Assembly: GCA_949300365.1 (NCBI GenBank)
Contig: CASGEC010000003.1
Location: 53,585-117,584, forward strand
Reading direction: 5' to 3'
Source: an uncultured Bacillota bacterium
GTDB taxonomy: Bacteria > Bacillota_I > Bacilli_A > RFN20 > CAG-288
DNA length: 64,000 nt
Shown: positions 18,415-29,200 of the stretch, one piece after another
How the letters are laid out: each line of letters opens with the position of its first letter
How positions within the stretch are numbered: the first letter of the stretch is position 1
Notes under the pieces: model-generated
Told to the model about the DNA's origin: nothing
The model's database searches: none
What the model saw: the letters and a program-made list of their open reading frames with translations, nothing else
Position numbers and translations under genes: made by a program

Positions 18415-20010
18415 ATGGCTATCGATCTCAAGAACTACAACCGCGTCGACTACAAGACAGCGGAGAAGATTCTCCAGGTCAAGGATCTTTCCATTTCCTT
18501 CAAGACAGATCATGGTATCGTCCATGCTGTCCGGGGTGTCTCCTTCGATCTTTACAAAGGCGAAACCCTTTGCCTGGTCGGCGAATCCGGCTGCGGAAAG
18601 TCCACTGTCTGCAAGGCCTTGATGGGTATCCTTTCCAACGAGGCCATCATCGATGGCGGCACTGCCCTCTACCAGGGCGAAGACCTGACGAAGATTTCCG
18701 AAGACGAGTTCCACCGTATCCGCGGAAACAAGATCGGCATGATCTTCCAGGACCCTCTTTCTTCTTTGAACCCCATCATGAAGGTCGGAAAGCAGATTGT
18801 CGAGACGACGATGATCAACCGCAATATCCTCAAGAAGAAGTACGAAGACCTGATTTCCAAGGAGCTCATCGCCTTCAAGAACGCCAAGACGAACTTCGTC
18901 CAAGGACGTGACAAGCTTTTGCTCATGCCGGAATTCTTCCTTGCCGACCAGAAGAAGCTCATCAACGACAACGTCTACCAGATGAAGAAGGAAGGCCGCA
19001 AGGCAAGGGAAATCGCTTCCTACGAAAAGGAAGCCACCAAGGCTGCCAAGGCCGAATATGAGCGCCAGAAGAAGGAAAACAAAGGCAAGATCGAAGAGCT
19101 CAAGAAGGAATACAAAGCCAAGAAGCCCGGTCTTCAGCAAGCGCTCAAGGTTCGGGAAAAGGAAGCCAAGAAAGAACTTGCCGTCTACAAGAAGAAGCTG
19201 AAGAAGGACTACCATGACAGTCTCAAGGCAGTCAATGAAAAGCTCCGTTCCTGCCATTCCGCAGAGGAAAGGGAAAAGCTTCTCAAGGAAAAGGAACAGG
19301 CCAAGGAAAACTACATCCAGTCCACCCGCGTCACCCGTGCCCAGGCCAAGAGGATGGCCCTCAAGGTCATGGAAGAGGTCGGCATCAGCCAGCCGAAGGC
19401 CCGTATGAAGCAATACCCCTTCGAGTTCTCCGGCGGCATGCGGCAGAGAATCGTCATCGCCATCGCCCTGACCGCCAATCCGGAAGTCCTCATCTGCGAC
19501 GAGCCGACGACCGCCTTGGATGTCACGATCCAGGCCCAGATCCTCGAGCTCATCAACAAGCTGAAGAAGGAAAGAAACATGTCCATCATCTTCATCACCC
19601 ACGATCTTGGTGTCGTTGCCAACATGGCCGATAGAGTCGCCGTCATGTATGCCGGCAAGATCGTCGAGATCGGAACCTCCTTCGAAGTCTTCCTCGATCC
19701 CAAGCACCCCTACACATGGGCCCTTCTCTCCTCCATCCCCGACATCAATTCCAAGGAGAAGCTCGAGGCGATTCCCGGCACGCCGCCAAACCTCATCAAT
19801 CCTCCCAAGGGCGATGCCTTTGCCGACAGAAACCACTACGCCCTCTCGATCGACTATGAGGCCGAGCCGCCGCTTTACAAGCTGAGCGAAACCCACTATG
19901 CCGCGACGTGGCTCCTCCACGAGAAAGCACCGAAAGTCGAACCGCCCAAGATTGTCCAAGAGCGTATCCGCAAGTCGATAGAAAGCGAGGCCGAACATGA
20001 GCGCAGATGA
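18415..20010 (+). CDS. oppD: Oligopeptide ABC ATPase with K/E-rich insertion
   Basis: GESGCGKS, YPFEFSGGMRQR, DEPTTALD, HPYT, GDAFA; ORF opens at GTG 18406. Confidence 0.93.
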   Translation: MAIDLKNYNRVDYKTAEKILQVKDLSISFKTDHGIVHAVRGVSFDLYKGETLCLVGESGCGKSTVCKALMGILSNEAIIDGGTALYQGEDLTKISEDEFHRIRGNKIGMIFQDPLSSLNPIMKVGKQIVETTMINRNILKKKYEDLISKELIAFKNAKTNFVQGRDKLLLMPEFFLADQKKLINDNVYQMKKEGRKAREIASYEKEATKAAKAEYERQKKENKGKIEELKKEYKAKKPGLQQALKVREKEAKKELAVYKKKLKKDYHDSLKAVNEKLRSCHSAEEREKLLKEKEQAKENYIQSTRVTRAQAKRMALKVMEEVGISQPKARMKQYPFEFSGGMRQRIVIAIALTANPEVLICDEPTTALDVTIQAQILELINKLKKERNMSIIFITHDLGVVANMADRVAVMYAGKIVEIGTSFEVFLDPKHPYTWALLSSIPDINSKEKLEAIPGTPPNLINPPKGDAFADRNHYALSIDYEAEPPLYKLSETHYAATWLLHEKAPKVEPPKIVQERIRKSIESEAEHERR

Positions 20011-21511
20011 AAGAAACAGCATCGCCCCTGAGGAAAAAGCCCTCCAAGACATCAATTCCACCCCTCTTGCTTCTGCCAGCGGGTCTTTGAGAGTCGAAAA
20101 TCGCAAGGCTGCCGAAGAGGAGGCCCTCCACGATTTCACAGAGGAAGAAATCGAAATGCCGGAGCTCAAGAAGAAGGTCAAGACAAAGGCGGAATACCTG
20201 AAGCAGAAGATCATCCTTTCCGTCAACCATCTCAAGGTCTTCTTCCCGATGGGAAAAGGACCCAAGAAGTTCTACCTCAAGGCCGTCCATGACATCTCCT
20301 TCCAAATCCACCAAGGCGAAAGCTTTGGCCTCGTCGGCGAATCCGGTTGCGGAAAGTCCACGACCGGAAGAAGTATCCTCAGGCTCAACCCCATCACCTC
20401 CGGATCCATCTACTACAAAGGCGTGCGAATCGCCGGCGGAACGCGTTGGAACGAAAAGGAAATCAAGTGGTCGAAGATCAAGATCGAAAAGGAAATCCGG
20501 AAAATCCAGAAGCTGGCTACCCTGGAGGAACTCTTCGAGGAAGACAAGAAGATCTTCTATACCCCTTCCGGCGAGGAAAAGAGCCTTCCGGAAGCCAAGG
20601 AAAAACGCGTTCAGTTCCTTCGCGAGAGAATCCAGCGTGTCCACGACACGCAAAAGGCGAAGATCAAGCAGATCAAGTACGACAACCGCCACGTCGACAA
20701 GAAACTGATGCGTCAGATCCAGATGATCTTCCAGGACCCGATCGATTCCTTGGATCCGAGGATGACCGTCGAGGACATCATTCAGGAAGGCTTGAAGATC
20801 CAGGGCTTCCACAATAGACGCCAAAACCATGAGAAGACCGTCAAGGTCCTCGAGGAAGTCGGCCTCATCGAAGACTACTGCTCCCGTTACCCCCATGAAT
20901 TCTCCGGCGGCCAGAGACAAAGAATCGGTATCGCCAGAGCGCTCATCATGAATCCGGAGCTTCTCATCTGCGACGAACCGATTTCCGCTTTGGACGTCTC
21001 CATCCGTGCCCAGATCATCAACCTCCTCAACGACCTCAAGGAGAAGAGGCACCTCTCCATTCTCTTCATCGCCCACGATCTGTCGGTCGTCAAGTACTTC
21101 TGCGACGAGATCGCGGTCATGTACTTCGGTGACCTCGTCGAGAAAGCCTCCTCCGATGAGCTCTTCCGCCATCCTCTCCATCCCTATACGAAATCCCTCC
21201 TTTCCGCCATCCCGAAGCCTGATCCGTTCTCCGAAAGAAGAAGGGACCGTATCCACTACAACCCTGCCTTGGAGCATGACTATTCCAAGGAAAAGCCGAC
21301 CTTCCAGGAAATCGTTCCCGGCCACTGGGTCTTGGCCAACTCCGAGGAAATCAAGCGCTACAAGGAAGAGATGCGCCGTGAAGACGAAATCCGGAAATAC
21401 CACGACAATCCGCTCTACAAGGCCCTGACCGACAACATCTTCAACGAAGAAGAAGCCTACGAAGAAGAGATGCAGCTCTTCGCGAGCGAAAAGCCCGTCC
21501 TGGCCGAATAG
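19997..21511 (+). CDS. oppF: Oligopeptide ABC ATPase
   Basis: GESGCGKS, YPHEFSGGQRQR, DEPISALD, HPYT. Confidence 0.93.
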   Translation: MSADERNSIAPEEKALQDINSTPLASASGSLRVENRKAAEEEALHDFTEEEIEMPELKKKVKTKAEYLKQKIILSVNHLKVFFPMGKGPKKFYLKAVHDISFQIHQGESFGLVGESGCGKSTTGRSILRLNPITSGSIYYKGVRIAGGTRWNEKEIKWSKIKIEKEIRKIQKLATLEELFEEDKKIFYTPSGEEKSLPEAKEKRVQFLRERIQRVHDTQKAKIKQIKYDNRHVDKKLMRQIQMIFQDPIDSLDPRMTVEDIIQEGLKIQGFHNRRQNHEKTVKVLEEVGLIEDYCSRYPHEFSGGQRQRIGIARALIMNPELLICDEPISALDVSIRAQIINLLNDLKEKRHLSILFIAHDLSVVKYFCDEIAVMYFGDLVEKASSDELFRHPLHPYTKSLLSAIPKPDPFSERRRDRIHYNPALEHDYSKEKPTFQEIVPGHWVLANSEEIKRYKEEMRREDEIRKYHDNPLYKALTDNIFNEEEAYEEEMQLFASEKPVLAE

Positions 21512-21904
21512 AAACACCTCCTTCATAAGCAAAACCCTCCTTTGGATCGGATTGATGAAAGGCGGAAAGGAAAGTTTCTTCCTTTCGTCAAGCATCGACA
21601 AGTCCAAGAAGGGTTTTTTCATGGGATTGTTCAAGGAAGAGGAAGGACTGGATCCAAAAGTGTTCTGCTTGTCGTGGATTGAAAACAGTTTAGACGATTC
21701 ATTGTTATGGATAGGATATGTTTTCTTTCTTCATTGTATGCGTATAAGCTCGAGAAAAGGCAACCTGTTCCTAATCGCCATGGCATCCTTAAACAGACTC
21801 TCACATCTTGACGTTTATTGAAGGCTCGATGATGTATCGACTTCCGTATCGGTTCAGATAGAACAAAGGACAGGGCTTCGGTAAAATATAATCGGTAATG
21901 CAAA

Positions 21905-22342
21905 ATGAACATAGTCGAGACAAAGGAAAGAAAAAGACGTCTGCTCAAGAGCCTTCTAAACCTATGGGAACGCTCGGTAAGGGCAACCCATGATTTTCTG
22001 GATAAGAGGACGATCGAAGAGATAAAGAGGTTCGTGCCTAATATCATCAGCGGGGTGCAGCATCTAATCGTTGCCTTCGATGGGGATACTCCTCTTGGTT
22101 TCATAGGTGTGGAAAACCATGAGATTGATATGCTTTTTGTCGACGATGTGCAAAGAGGAAAGGGTATAGGCAGTGCCCTTCTTGAGTATGCCTTGAAGGA
22201 GTTTGACGTGAATGAAGTCACCGTGAACGAAGAGAACCATTACGCCCATGAGTTCTATTTGCGGAAAGGCTTCAAGGACGTGGAAAGGAAAGACCGGGAC
22301 GAGCAGGGGAATTGCTTCCCGATAATCATTATGAAGAGATAG
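21905..22342 (+). CDS. GNAT acetyltransferase (YjaB-like)
   Basis: WERSVRATHDFL, QRGKGIGSAL, VNEEN..A..FY..KGF. Confidence 0.88.
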   Translation: MNIVETKERKRRLLKSLLNLWERSVRATHDFLDKRTIEEIKRFVPNIISGVQHLIVAFDGDTPLGFIGVENHEIDMLFVDDVQRGKGIGSALLEYALKEFDVNEVTVNEENHYAHEFYLRKGFKDVERKDRDEQGNCFPIIIMKR

Positions 22343-22593
22343 GCTTCATCAAATTAGCTATTCTTTCGATCCATCGGACCTTCTTTAGGGGTGCCGCTTG
22401 AATTTGAGGCCAGGAAGCTCTTGATGGGGCTTACGAAAATACGGGTCAGATATTCATGAACGAAACGAATGGGGAAGGTTTCCTTTTCATATGTTTTTGA
22501 GGATTTCGGAGTGCTAAATGCTACGAATGATTTGTAATTATACGAATAAATTAGTCTTAGCATTTTTGATGACTCTTGTTTAGTTGCTATCCT

Positions 22594-23763
22594 TTACTCT
22601 TCATCCTTCTTTTTGAAGACCTGTCGATACACGTCATAGACATGTGTCTTTTTGGCGTTCTCGCTTCCGACCTGGGAATAGGTTTCCTGGATTTCTTCTG
22701 GTGTGGCAGTGAAGAGGTCGACAGGCTTGACGTTGATTTCAAGAAGTCCCCAATGCCCCTTTCCGGCACGGCAGCCATGATCCTGGGGATAGCGATTGAT
22801 CTTATATGTCCAGGAGGTGTAGGACCATCCCATTTTGTCAAAGAAAGCAAAGGTCCTCTCCCAATCCCTGTCCTTGCCCCAGGCATTCCACTCGCCGATA
22901 TAGACCGGAGCCTTGTATCCCATCAGATGATGCAGTGCCTTGTAGAAGCGAAGGCATGTCCTTTGGGAGAAGGGTGTCAGGTTGTAGATATGGTATTCAT
23001 AGCAGATGTTTTCCCATCCGTACTTCCTGAAGTCGGCGCCGTGGTTAGGAAAGGAGAAGCATTCGACGAAGATCATATGATCGGGATCGATCCTCCGGAC
23101 GGCCTTGTAGAGCTCATCATAGAAATCGAAGCAGATCTTCCCACCATAGCGATGCTTCTTTCTTCTGGGCTCATTGAGAAGGTCATAGCCGCAGACGATC
23201 GTCCTCTCCTTGAAGTGCTGGGCGATCTGTTCCCAGAGGTGGATGGTCTTTCGCCTGTTTTCCTTGTTGCCGTAAAGGTTGAACCGGCTATCGTCCCCGG
23301 AGTGATGGTCCATGTTCTGGGAACCGATGGCGCCATGGAGGTCGAGGACGACATAGAGATCGTATTTCTCGGCCATGTCCAAGGCCCAGTCGAGCTTGTC
23401 AAAGCCCCCAAAGCGGACTTTCTCCCCGTCATCGGTGAGATTGTAGACGGAGAAGTTGATCCGGATGGCGTTCAATCCCAGGTCATGGACACGCCTGAAG
23501 TCCTCTTCCTTGATGAAGTTGTCGATATAGACGGCTTCCAAAGAGCGGATGGACTCCTTGGGGATGTTGGGATTAAGAAGCATCGCCTCAAGACCCCGTC
23601 TTTGGGTATACCTTCCCGTCTGGAATGACGGAAGGCAGGATGTCGCCATCCAGAACTCCTGGACGAACCAGTCCCCGAAGTTGACGCCCTTGAGGACAAG
23701 CTTTCTTCCTTCGCCGTCATAGAGGCTTTCGCCGATGCTGTGGACATATCCTTTTGGTCTCAT
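22594..23763 (-). CDS. Glycoside hydrolase family 5, cytoplasmic
   Basis: GVNFGDW, LDLHG, DLLNEP (acid/base), HIY, YIGEW (nucleophile), WTYK; no signal peptide; ATG 23763 after GAGGTG. Confidence 0.88.
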   Translation of the reverse strand: MRPKGYVHSIGESLYDGEGRKLVLKGVNFGDWFVQEFWMATSCLPSFQTGRYTQRRGLEAMLLNPNIPKESIRSLEAVYIDNFIKEEDFRRVHDLGLNAIRINFSVYNLTDDGEKVRFGGFDKLDWALDMAEKYDLYVVLDLHGAIGSQNMDHHSGDDSRFNLYGNKENRRKTIHLWEQIAQHFKERTIVCGYDLLNEPRRKKHRYGGKICFDFYDELYKAVRRIDPDHMIFVECFSFPNHGADFRKYGWENICYEYHIYNLTPFSQRTCLRFYKALHHLMGYKAPVYIGEWNAWGKDRDWERTFAFFDKMGWSYTSWTYKINRYPQDHGCRAGKGHWGLLEINVKPVDLFTATPEEIQETYSQVGSENAKKTHVYDVYRQVFKKKDEE

Positions 23764-23825
23764 TTCTGTCACCTCAATATATATAGGATAACGGATAAAA
23801 TTCCTCGGAAGAAAGACATTTCCAT

Positions 23826-23851
23826 AAAAGGGATGCGGTTTCCCGCATCCC
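23826..23851 (-). terminator. Intrinsic terminator of the GH3-NCS2-lipoprotein operon
   Basis: Minus strand GGGATGCGG-GAAA-CCGCATCCC followed by TTTT. Confidence 0.75.
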
Positions 23852-23861
23852 AGGCTGCTTT

Positions 23862-24647
23862 TTAGAATGGTTGGAAGCCACCGCCTATGCTCTTGGTGAC
23901 TTCGACGACAACGGCATCCCTTTGGGTATAGCCTTCGACGCCGTTTCCCTGGACGCTGACGCTGTACTTGTCGTCGGTTGTGATGGTCGTGACGTCCTTG
24001 AGGTCTGCAGCCTTGAGGTTAAGTGCTCCGGCCAAGGCGTGGTCGTTTTGGTAGACGATGGTATTGGTCGCGGTGTTGGTCAGGATGAGGGTGTAGTCGA
24101 CGGTGATCGTGTCGGTCGCAGTGATGGTGATGTCGATCGTGACTTCCTTTTCTTCCTCTCCGGTAGCCGGATCATCGGCGGCTGTTGCCATCGGGCCAGG
24201 ACCAGGACCCCCGCCGGCGCTGTTGGGATCGTTGAACTTGGCCTCGACTTCCGGGCTTCCAAGCATGGTCGACTTTCCTTCGACCTGTGTCTGGTTGGTC
24301 TTATAGCGCGGGGCGATGGCCTTGACGACGGCGCGATAGTCTCCGGGAAGGAATTCATAGTCGAGCGTTCCGGAGTAGTCCGTGTTGCTTTCCGTGGCAC
24401 GGATCATGCCCGAGGAAGCGACGGCATGGGAATCCAAGGTGCCATCGACGAACTGATAGACCTTCAGGGAATAGAAGGTGGCGTTGGGGCTTCCGGTAAA
24501 GGAATAGGCCGCGGTATTGAAATCGAAAGTGAGGTTTGTCGGGGCATCCAGAGTCGGATTGGACTTCTGTGTTTCGCTGTTGTTGCAGGAGACGAGCATT
24601 CCGGAGAAGAGTATGGGGAGAAGCAATGCAAGGATACGTTTCTTCAT
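23862..24647 (-). CDS. Uncharacterised lipoprotein, two beta-rich (Fn3/Ig-like) modules
   Basis: Lipobox LVSC; LDAPTNL start typical of Fn3-like modules; Gly/Pro linker. Confidence 0.75.
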   Translation of the reverse strand: MKKRILALLLPILFSGMLVSCNNSETQKSNPTLDAPTNLTFDFNTAAYSFTGSPNATFYSLKVYQFVDGTLDSHAVASSGMIRATESNTDYSGTLDYEFLPGDYRAVVKAIAPRYKTNQTQVEGKSTMLGSPEVEAKFNDPNSAGGGPGPGPMATAADDPATGEEEKEVTIDITITATDTITVDYTLILTNTATNTIVYQNDHALAGALNLKAADLKDVTTITTDDKYSVSVQGNGVEGYTQRDAVVVEVTKSIGGGFQPF

Positions 24648-24666
24648 GATTTTTCTCCTTCTTCGA

Positions 24667-26208
24667 TCAGATGACGGCTAGGACGAGGTAGAGGAGAGAG
24701 ACTGCCGGAGCGGCAATGGTCGTGGGATTGAAGCTTGTCCACTGCCTTCTGGCAAGGCGGATGACCGCATCGAAGATAAGACCGAGTCCAATACCCAGGG
24801 CGAAGTCGCCAAGGATGACCATGCCAACAAGAGTGGCGGCAAAGGGAATGAGCTCATCGATGTTGTGGACATCGACCTTTCTGAATCCGCGGAGCATGTC
24901 CAAGGCAGCAAGGGCGACCATCAAATCGGCAAAGGCAAAGACATCCTGGGCATAGGCCTGAAGCTTGACTTCGCTCTCGCTGATCCACATACCGACACCA
25001 TGGGTCTGGGTGGCAGTCAGGGCGAAGACAGCCCAAGTGAAGAGGCAGACGAAGAAGCCGATAGCGGCAATGACGGAACTGAGCCCGGTCTTGGCCTCGT
25101 TGTCGCTGCTGACCGCAGAGGATGCGGAGACGGTGCTGATCGGAGCACCCAGGATTGGGGCGACGACGTTGATGGCGGAGGTGATGAGGAAGACGCGCCT
25201 TTCGTTGTCGACGATTATCTCGTCAGTGAGATAGTCGCCGGCTTCGGCGACGGCATTGAGGTTGCTGACATTGGTATAGAGGGAGAGGACGAGGAAGACG
25301 ATGACGCCCTGGATGAAGACAAGGGCCGGGTTTCCGCCGTTTTCGATCAGGGCCGAGAAGTCAAATCCCTTGGTGAAGCACATGCCCCAGTCGACGGAGG
25401 AGAAGCCCAGGGAGATGTTGTAGGGGAGAGCGCCATCGGTGGCGATGATGAGGTTGAGACGTTCGTAGACGACGATGGTCGCCGTGGATCCGCCGATGAA
25501 GCTGGCCATGTAGAAGAGGATGCCACCGGCCCACATGAGGCCAAGCAGCGTCCCGAAGAGGCGGAAGGTCGCCTTGCGGACATGGAAGATCTTCATGCAG
25601 ACAAAGGCGATCGAGGCAAGGACCATGAGGAGGAAGTAGAAGCCCTGGAGATCCATGGAGCCGACATTGGAGATGACGTTGTCGGAGATGAAGCCGGCAT
25701 GGCTGAGGGCCTGGATCATCGTGAAGAGACAGACGCCGATAGGAAGGGCTTTGCGGATGGAAAGGGGAAGGATTGTCGTCAGCTTCTTTCCCAAAGGCGA
25801 GATGACGACAGCCAAGGACAGAAGGGCGGAGAAGAAGGTGATGGTCATCATGTTGGCATAGGTCAATCCGGCATTGGCGGTGATCATCGAGACAAGGGCG
25901 GTGGAAAGGGAGAGGTTGCAGCACTGGACGATCGGACGGTTGAAGAGGATGCCAAGAAGGAGGGTACCGATGAAACTCACCAGGGCGACGGCAAGATAGC
26001 TTCCGGCATAGCTTCCATAGGCCTCGCCGATGATCTGGGTATTCATCAGGAAGGCGGCGACGGCGATCAGGAAGCTTCCGATTCCGGCTCCGATCTCGCT
26101 GCGGATGGTTGATCCGCGCTCATAGACGTGGAAGAAGGAGCCGATGGCCTTGGAAACCTTGCTGGGTTCCCGCGTCTTTACGGCAATGGCGTTTTCGGCT
26201 GCGGACAT
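24667..26208 (-). CDS. Divergent NCS2/AzgA-like permease
   Basis: GSTIRSEIGAG, LP..IRKA...G, AKTGLSSV, ELIP motifs; about 13 TMs. Confidence 0.8.
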   Translation of the reverse strand: MSAAENAIAVKTREPSKVSKAIGSFFHVYERGSTIRSEIGAGIGSFLIAVAAFLMNTQIIGEAYGSYAGSYLAVALVSFIGTLLLGILFNRPIVQCCNLSLSTALVSMITANAGLTYANMMTITFFSALLSLAVVISPLGKKLTTILPLSIRKALPIGVCLFTMIQALSHAGFISDNVISNVGSMDLQGFYFLLMVLASIAFVCMKIFHVRKATFRLFGTLLGLMWAGGILFYMASFIGGSTATIVVYERLNLIIATDGALPYNISLGFSSVDWGMCFTKGFDFSALIENGGNPALVFIQGVIVFLVLSLYTNVSNLNAVAEAGDYLTDEIIVDNERRVFLITSAINVVAPILGAPISTVSASSAVSSDNEAKTGLSSVIAAIGFFVCLFTWAVFALTATQTHGVGMWISESEVKLQAYAQDVFAFADLMVALAALDMLRGFRKVDVHNIDELIPFAATLVGMVILGDFALGIGLGLIFDAVIRLARRQWTSFNPTTIAAPAVSLLYLVLAVI

Positions 26209-26209
26209 G

Positions 26210-29200
26210 TTACTCTTCCTCCTTTCTCAAAGGGGTCGTCTCTTTTTCCTTGCGGACGATGGGAAGGACGATGAAGAAGACGGCAATCGCACCCATGCCG
26301 ACACCGAGGACGACGTTCAGGGCGATCTGGATGTTCCGCCAGGATTCATCGGGCACGGAGGCAATCTGGGCAGCGTGGCAGTTCTGGTAGAGCATGTGCT
26401 TCATGACGTTGCGGAGGAGATAGCGGCCATAGTTGGTCGTAGTGGCATCGCCTTCCTGCTCGAAGTAGGTCGTGATGGAAGAGCCGCCAAGCTGTCCCTC
26501 CGTGCCGCCGAAGAGACCGGCACCCGGCGTCAGGACCCACGGATAGGGGCCGACACCATCGGTGATAAGAAGGCCGTTGAAGCCCCACTCGCCGCGGACG
26601 ATGCCCTGATAGACACCTTCATGGGACCAGGAGATACCGACACGGTTGAGGGCACCCATGATACCGAGGGCGCCTTCGCCGGCGTGGAAGGTACCATCCG
26701 TCATGTCCTCGTTGGGGACGAAGATGTTCTGGGTGGCGATCTCATAGTCCTTCAGATAGATTTCCCTGGCAGCCTGTTCGGAGAGCCAGGTGATGTTTCC
26801 GTCACGGTTGGTATCGTTGTCGTTGAAGGCCATGTGCTTGATGAAGACGATGATGCCTTCGCTCTGCAGTCCGGCGACTTCCGCCGCACCGATCATGCCG
26901 CCGAGAAAACCGTCTTCGGAGAAGTATTCGAAGTTGCGGCCGCCATAGGGGGTCCTGTGGGTATTCATGGCCGGGGCATAGGCACCGCCGATACCGTTCT
27001 TCTTGGACTGGTGCGCATAGACCTGTCCCATCTTGTACATGAGGACGGGATTCCAGGTCGAGGCATTGACAACAGCGCTTGTGAACCACGTGGAAGCCGT
27101 ATAGGTGTTCTGTCCGTTTCCGCTCTCGCCCGGGCCATCGACGACGCTCATCCTCTCCTTGCCGACGCTTTCGACGGCAGGTGTCTGCCAACCAAGGCCA
27201 CCCTGGACGGCAATCTGTTCCTCAAGGGTCGTCTGGTCGACAAGGTAGGCCCAGATCTCGTTGTCGTAGCTTGCGGTCTTGAGGGCCGGGCAATTGACAT
27301 CAAGGGGCATCTCTGTCTCTTCCTGGGTGATGACGTACTGGCCGTATTCATCGATGAGGGGATCGCCGTTGGCATCGACCTCGAGGTAGTACTTGGCACC
27401 GTAGTCGATGACGTGCTCCTCGTTGACATCGTCGAAGAAGTAACGGTCGTCATCCTGGGTCAGTCCTTCCCAGTTCTCGCCGTCTGAATAGGCCTGATAG
27501 GAAGAACCGCCGATATACTTCTTGACGGTCTTCGTCACCTTCTCGCCGTGCTCATAGGTCTGATAGGTATAGTCGACGCTTTCAAGGGCCGGGCAGGCAA
27601 GGGCTTTTACGGCCTCATCCTTGAGGGCTTCGGTCTTGCAGTTGGATTCATGCGTCATGATGGTCTTCATGCCGGAAGCGAAATTGCTCCGGGAAAGATA
27701 GCCATCGAGCATGTTGCCATCGCCGGCATCGGCATCGCTCATGCGGACCTTGGCAACTTCATGGTCGTTTTCACGGGCGCCGACACCTTCCTCGTTGTAG
27801 TAAAGGGAGCTGCCAAGGCTTGCCTTGACCGGTTCGGTATAGTCCTCATGGGCATTCTTGCCGATGTGGAACTGATAGTCGCCCTGCTCAAGGACATAGC
27901 ATCCCATGCCGTAGTTATCAAAGGAAGCCAGGTCATCGGTATCGAAATTGATGGTGACATCCTCGCTCTGGCCGGCCTCAAGGACCTGTGTCTTGTCAAA
28001 GCCGATGAGGACCTTCGCCGACTTCTCAAGGCCGCGACCCTTGATACCGCAGTTGGAATCGGTATTGTAGGGGGCTTCCAGGTAGAGCTGGACGACTTCC
28101 TTGGCCGGTGTCTTTCCGGTATTGGTGACGCGGACGGTGATGGAATTGTCGCCATGGGCGTCAAGGGAGACATCGCTATTGATGACTTCCTGGGAAAAAG
28201 TCGTGTAGCTCAAGCCATAGCCGAAGGGATACTGGACGACTTCGTCGTATCCGGAAGCCGTGCCGTTCTTCCAGGCGTGGCTTGTGAAGTCGCTCGAATC
28301 GAAATAGCCCATCTTGTCGGCCGTTTCATAATAGCGGTAACCGACATAGATTCCTTCCTCATACTGGTAGTAGCCGAAGTTGGTGGACTTGTCATAGCCG
28401 GAAACGATCTCGTTGACGTTGGTGTACTTGTTGTCGTCGTTGTTGTAGAAGGAAGGCATCGTCGAGTGGTCATAGGCATAGGTATCGGCAAGCCTTCCGG
28501 AAGGAGCGACCTCGCCGGTCAACACCTGGGCAACGCCGACAAGTCCGGCCTCGCCCGGATGGCCAATCCACAAGCAGGCATCGACACCGTATTCTTCCTT
28601 CTCGATCTCGCCAAGTTCGACGGCAGCGGAGGAATTGATAAGGACGATCGTCTTCTTGTAATGCTCGTTGCAGAACTTGAGAAGGTCCTTCTCATCCTGG
28701 GAAAGCTGGAGATAGGTCGTGCCCGTGGAGGCTTTGCCATCGCCATCGTAGTCCATGACAGGGGAAGCACCTTCGGCACCCGAGCGGGCAAAGGTGACGA
28801 TGACAACGTCGTTATAGCCTTCATTTGCGATATCGGAGCTGTAGTGGTTGTCATAGACCGAGCGGGAGAATTCGCAGACTCTAAGGTATCCGCCCCAGTC
28901 GCCGCGGCCGTAGTTGTCCTTGTTGTTGACATAGTCGGAGCCCTTGAACGTCGCTTCCGTTCCATCACCAAGATGGCCGACGTATTCGCCGCTGGTATCG
29001 ACGTTTCTGGCACCGCCGACAGCCGTCTCGAGCCAGTTCCAGGCTTTCTCGTTGACATCGAGATACTTTTCCTTGGAGGCCGAGTCGCCATCGACTTTCG
29101 AGCCATCGAAGGCTTCCTTCATCGTATAGGTGTGTTCATCGTACTTACCGCCGGCCGATCCCGTACCGCCGTTGATGTAGTTGTAGGACTGGGCGCCGAG

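Noticed and set aside
21779-21796. Short similarity CATGGCATC...ACAG shared with about 35430
   Set aside because: Too short to exceed chance; no support as an att site.
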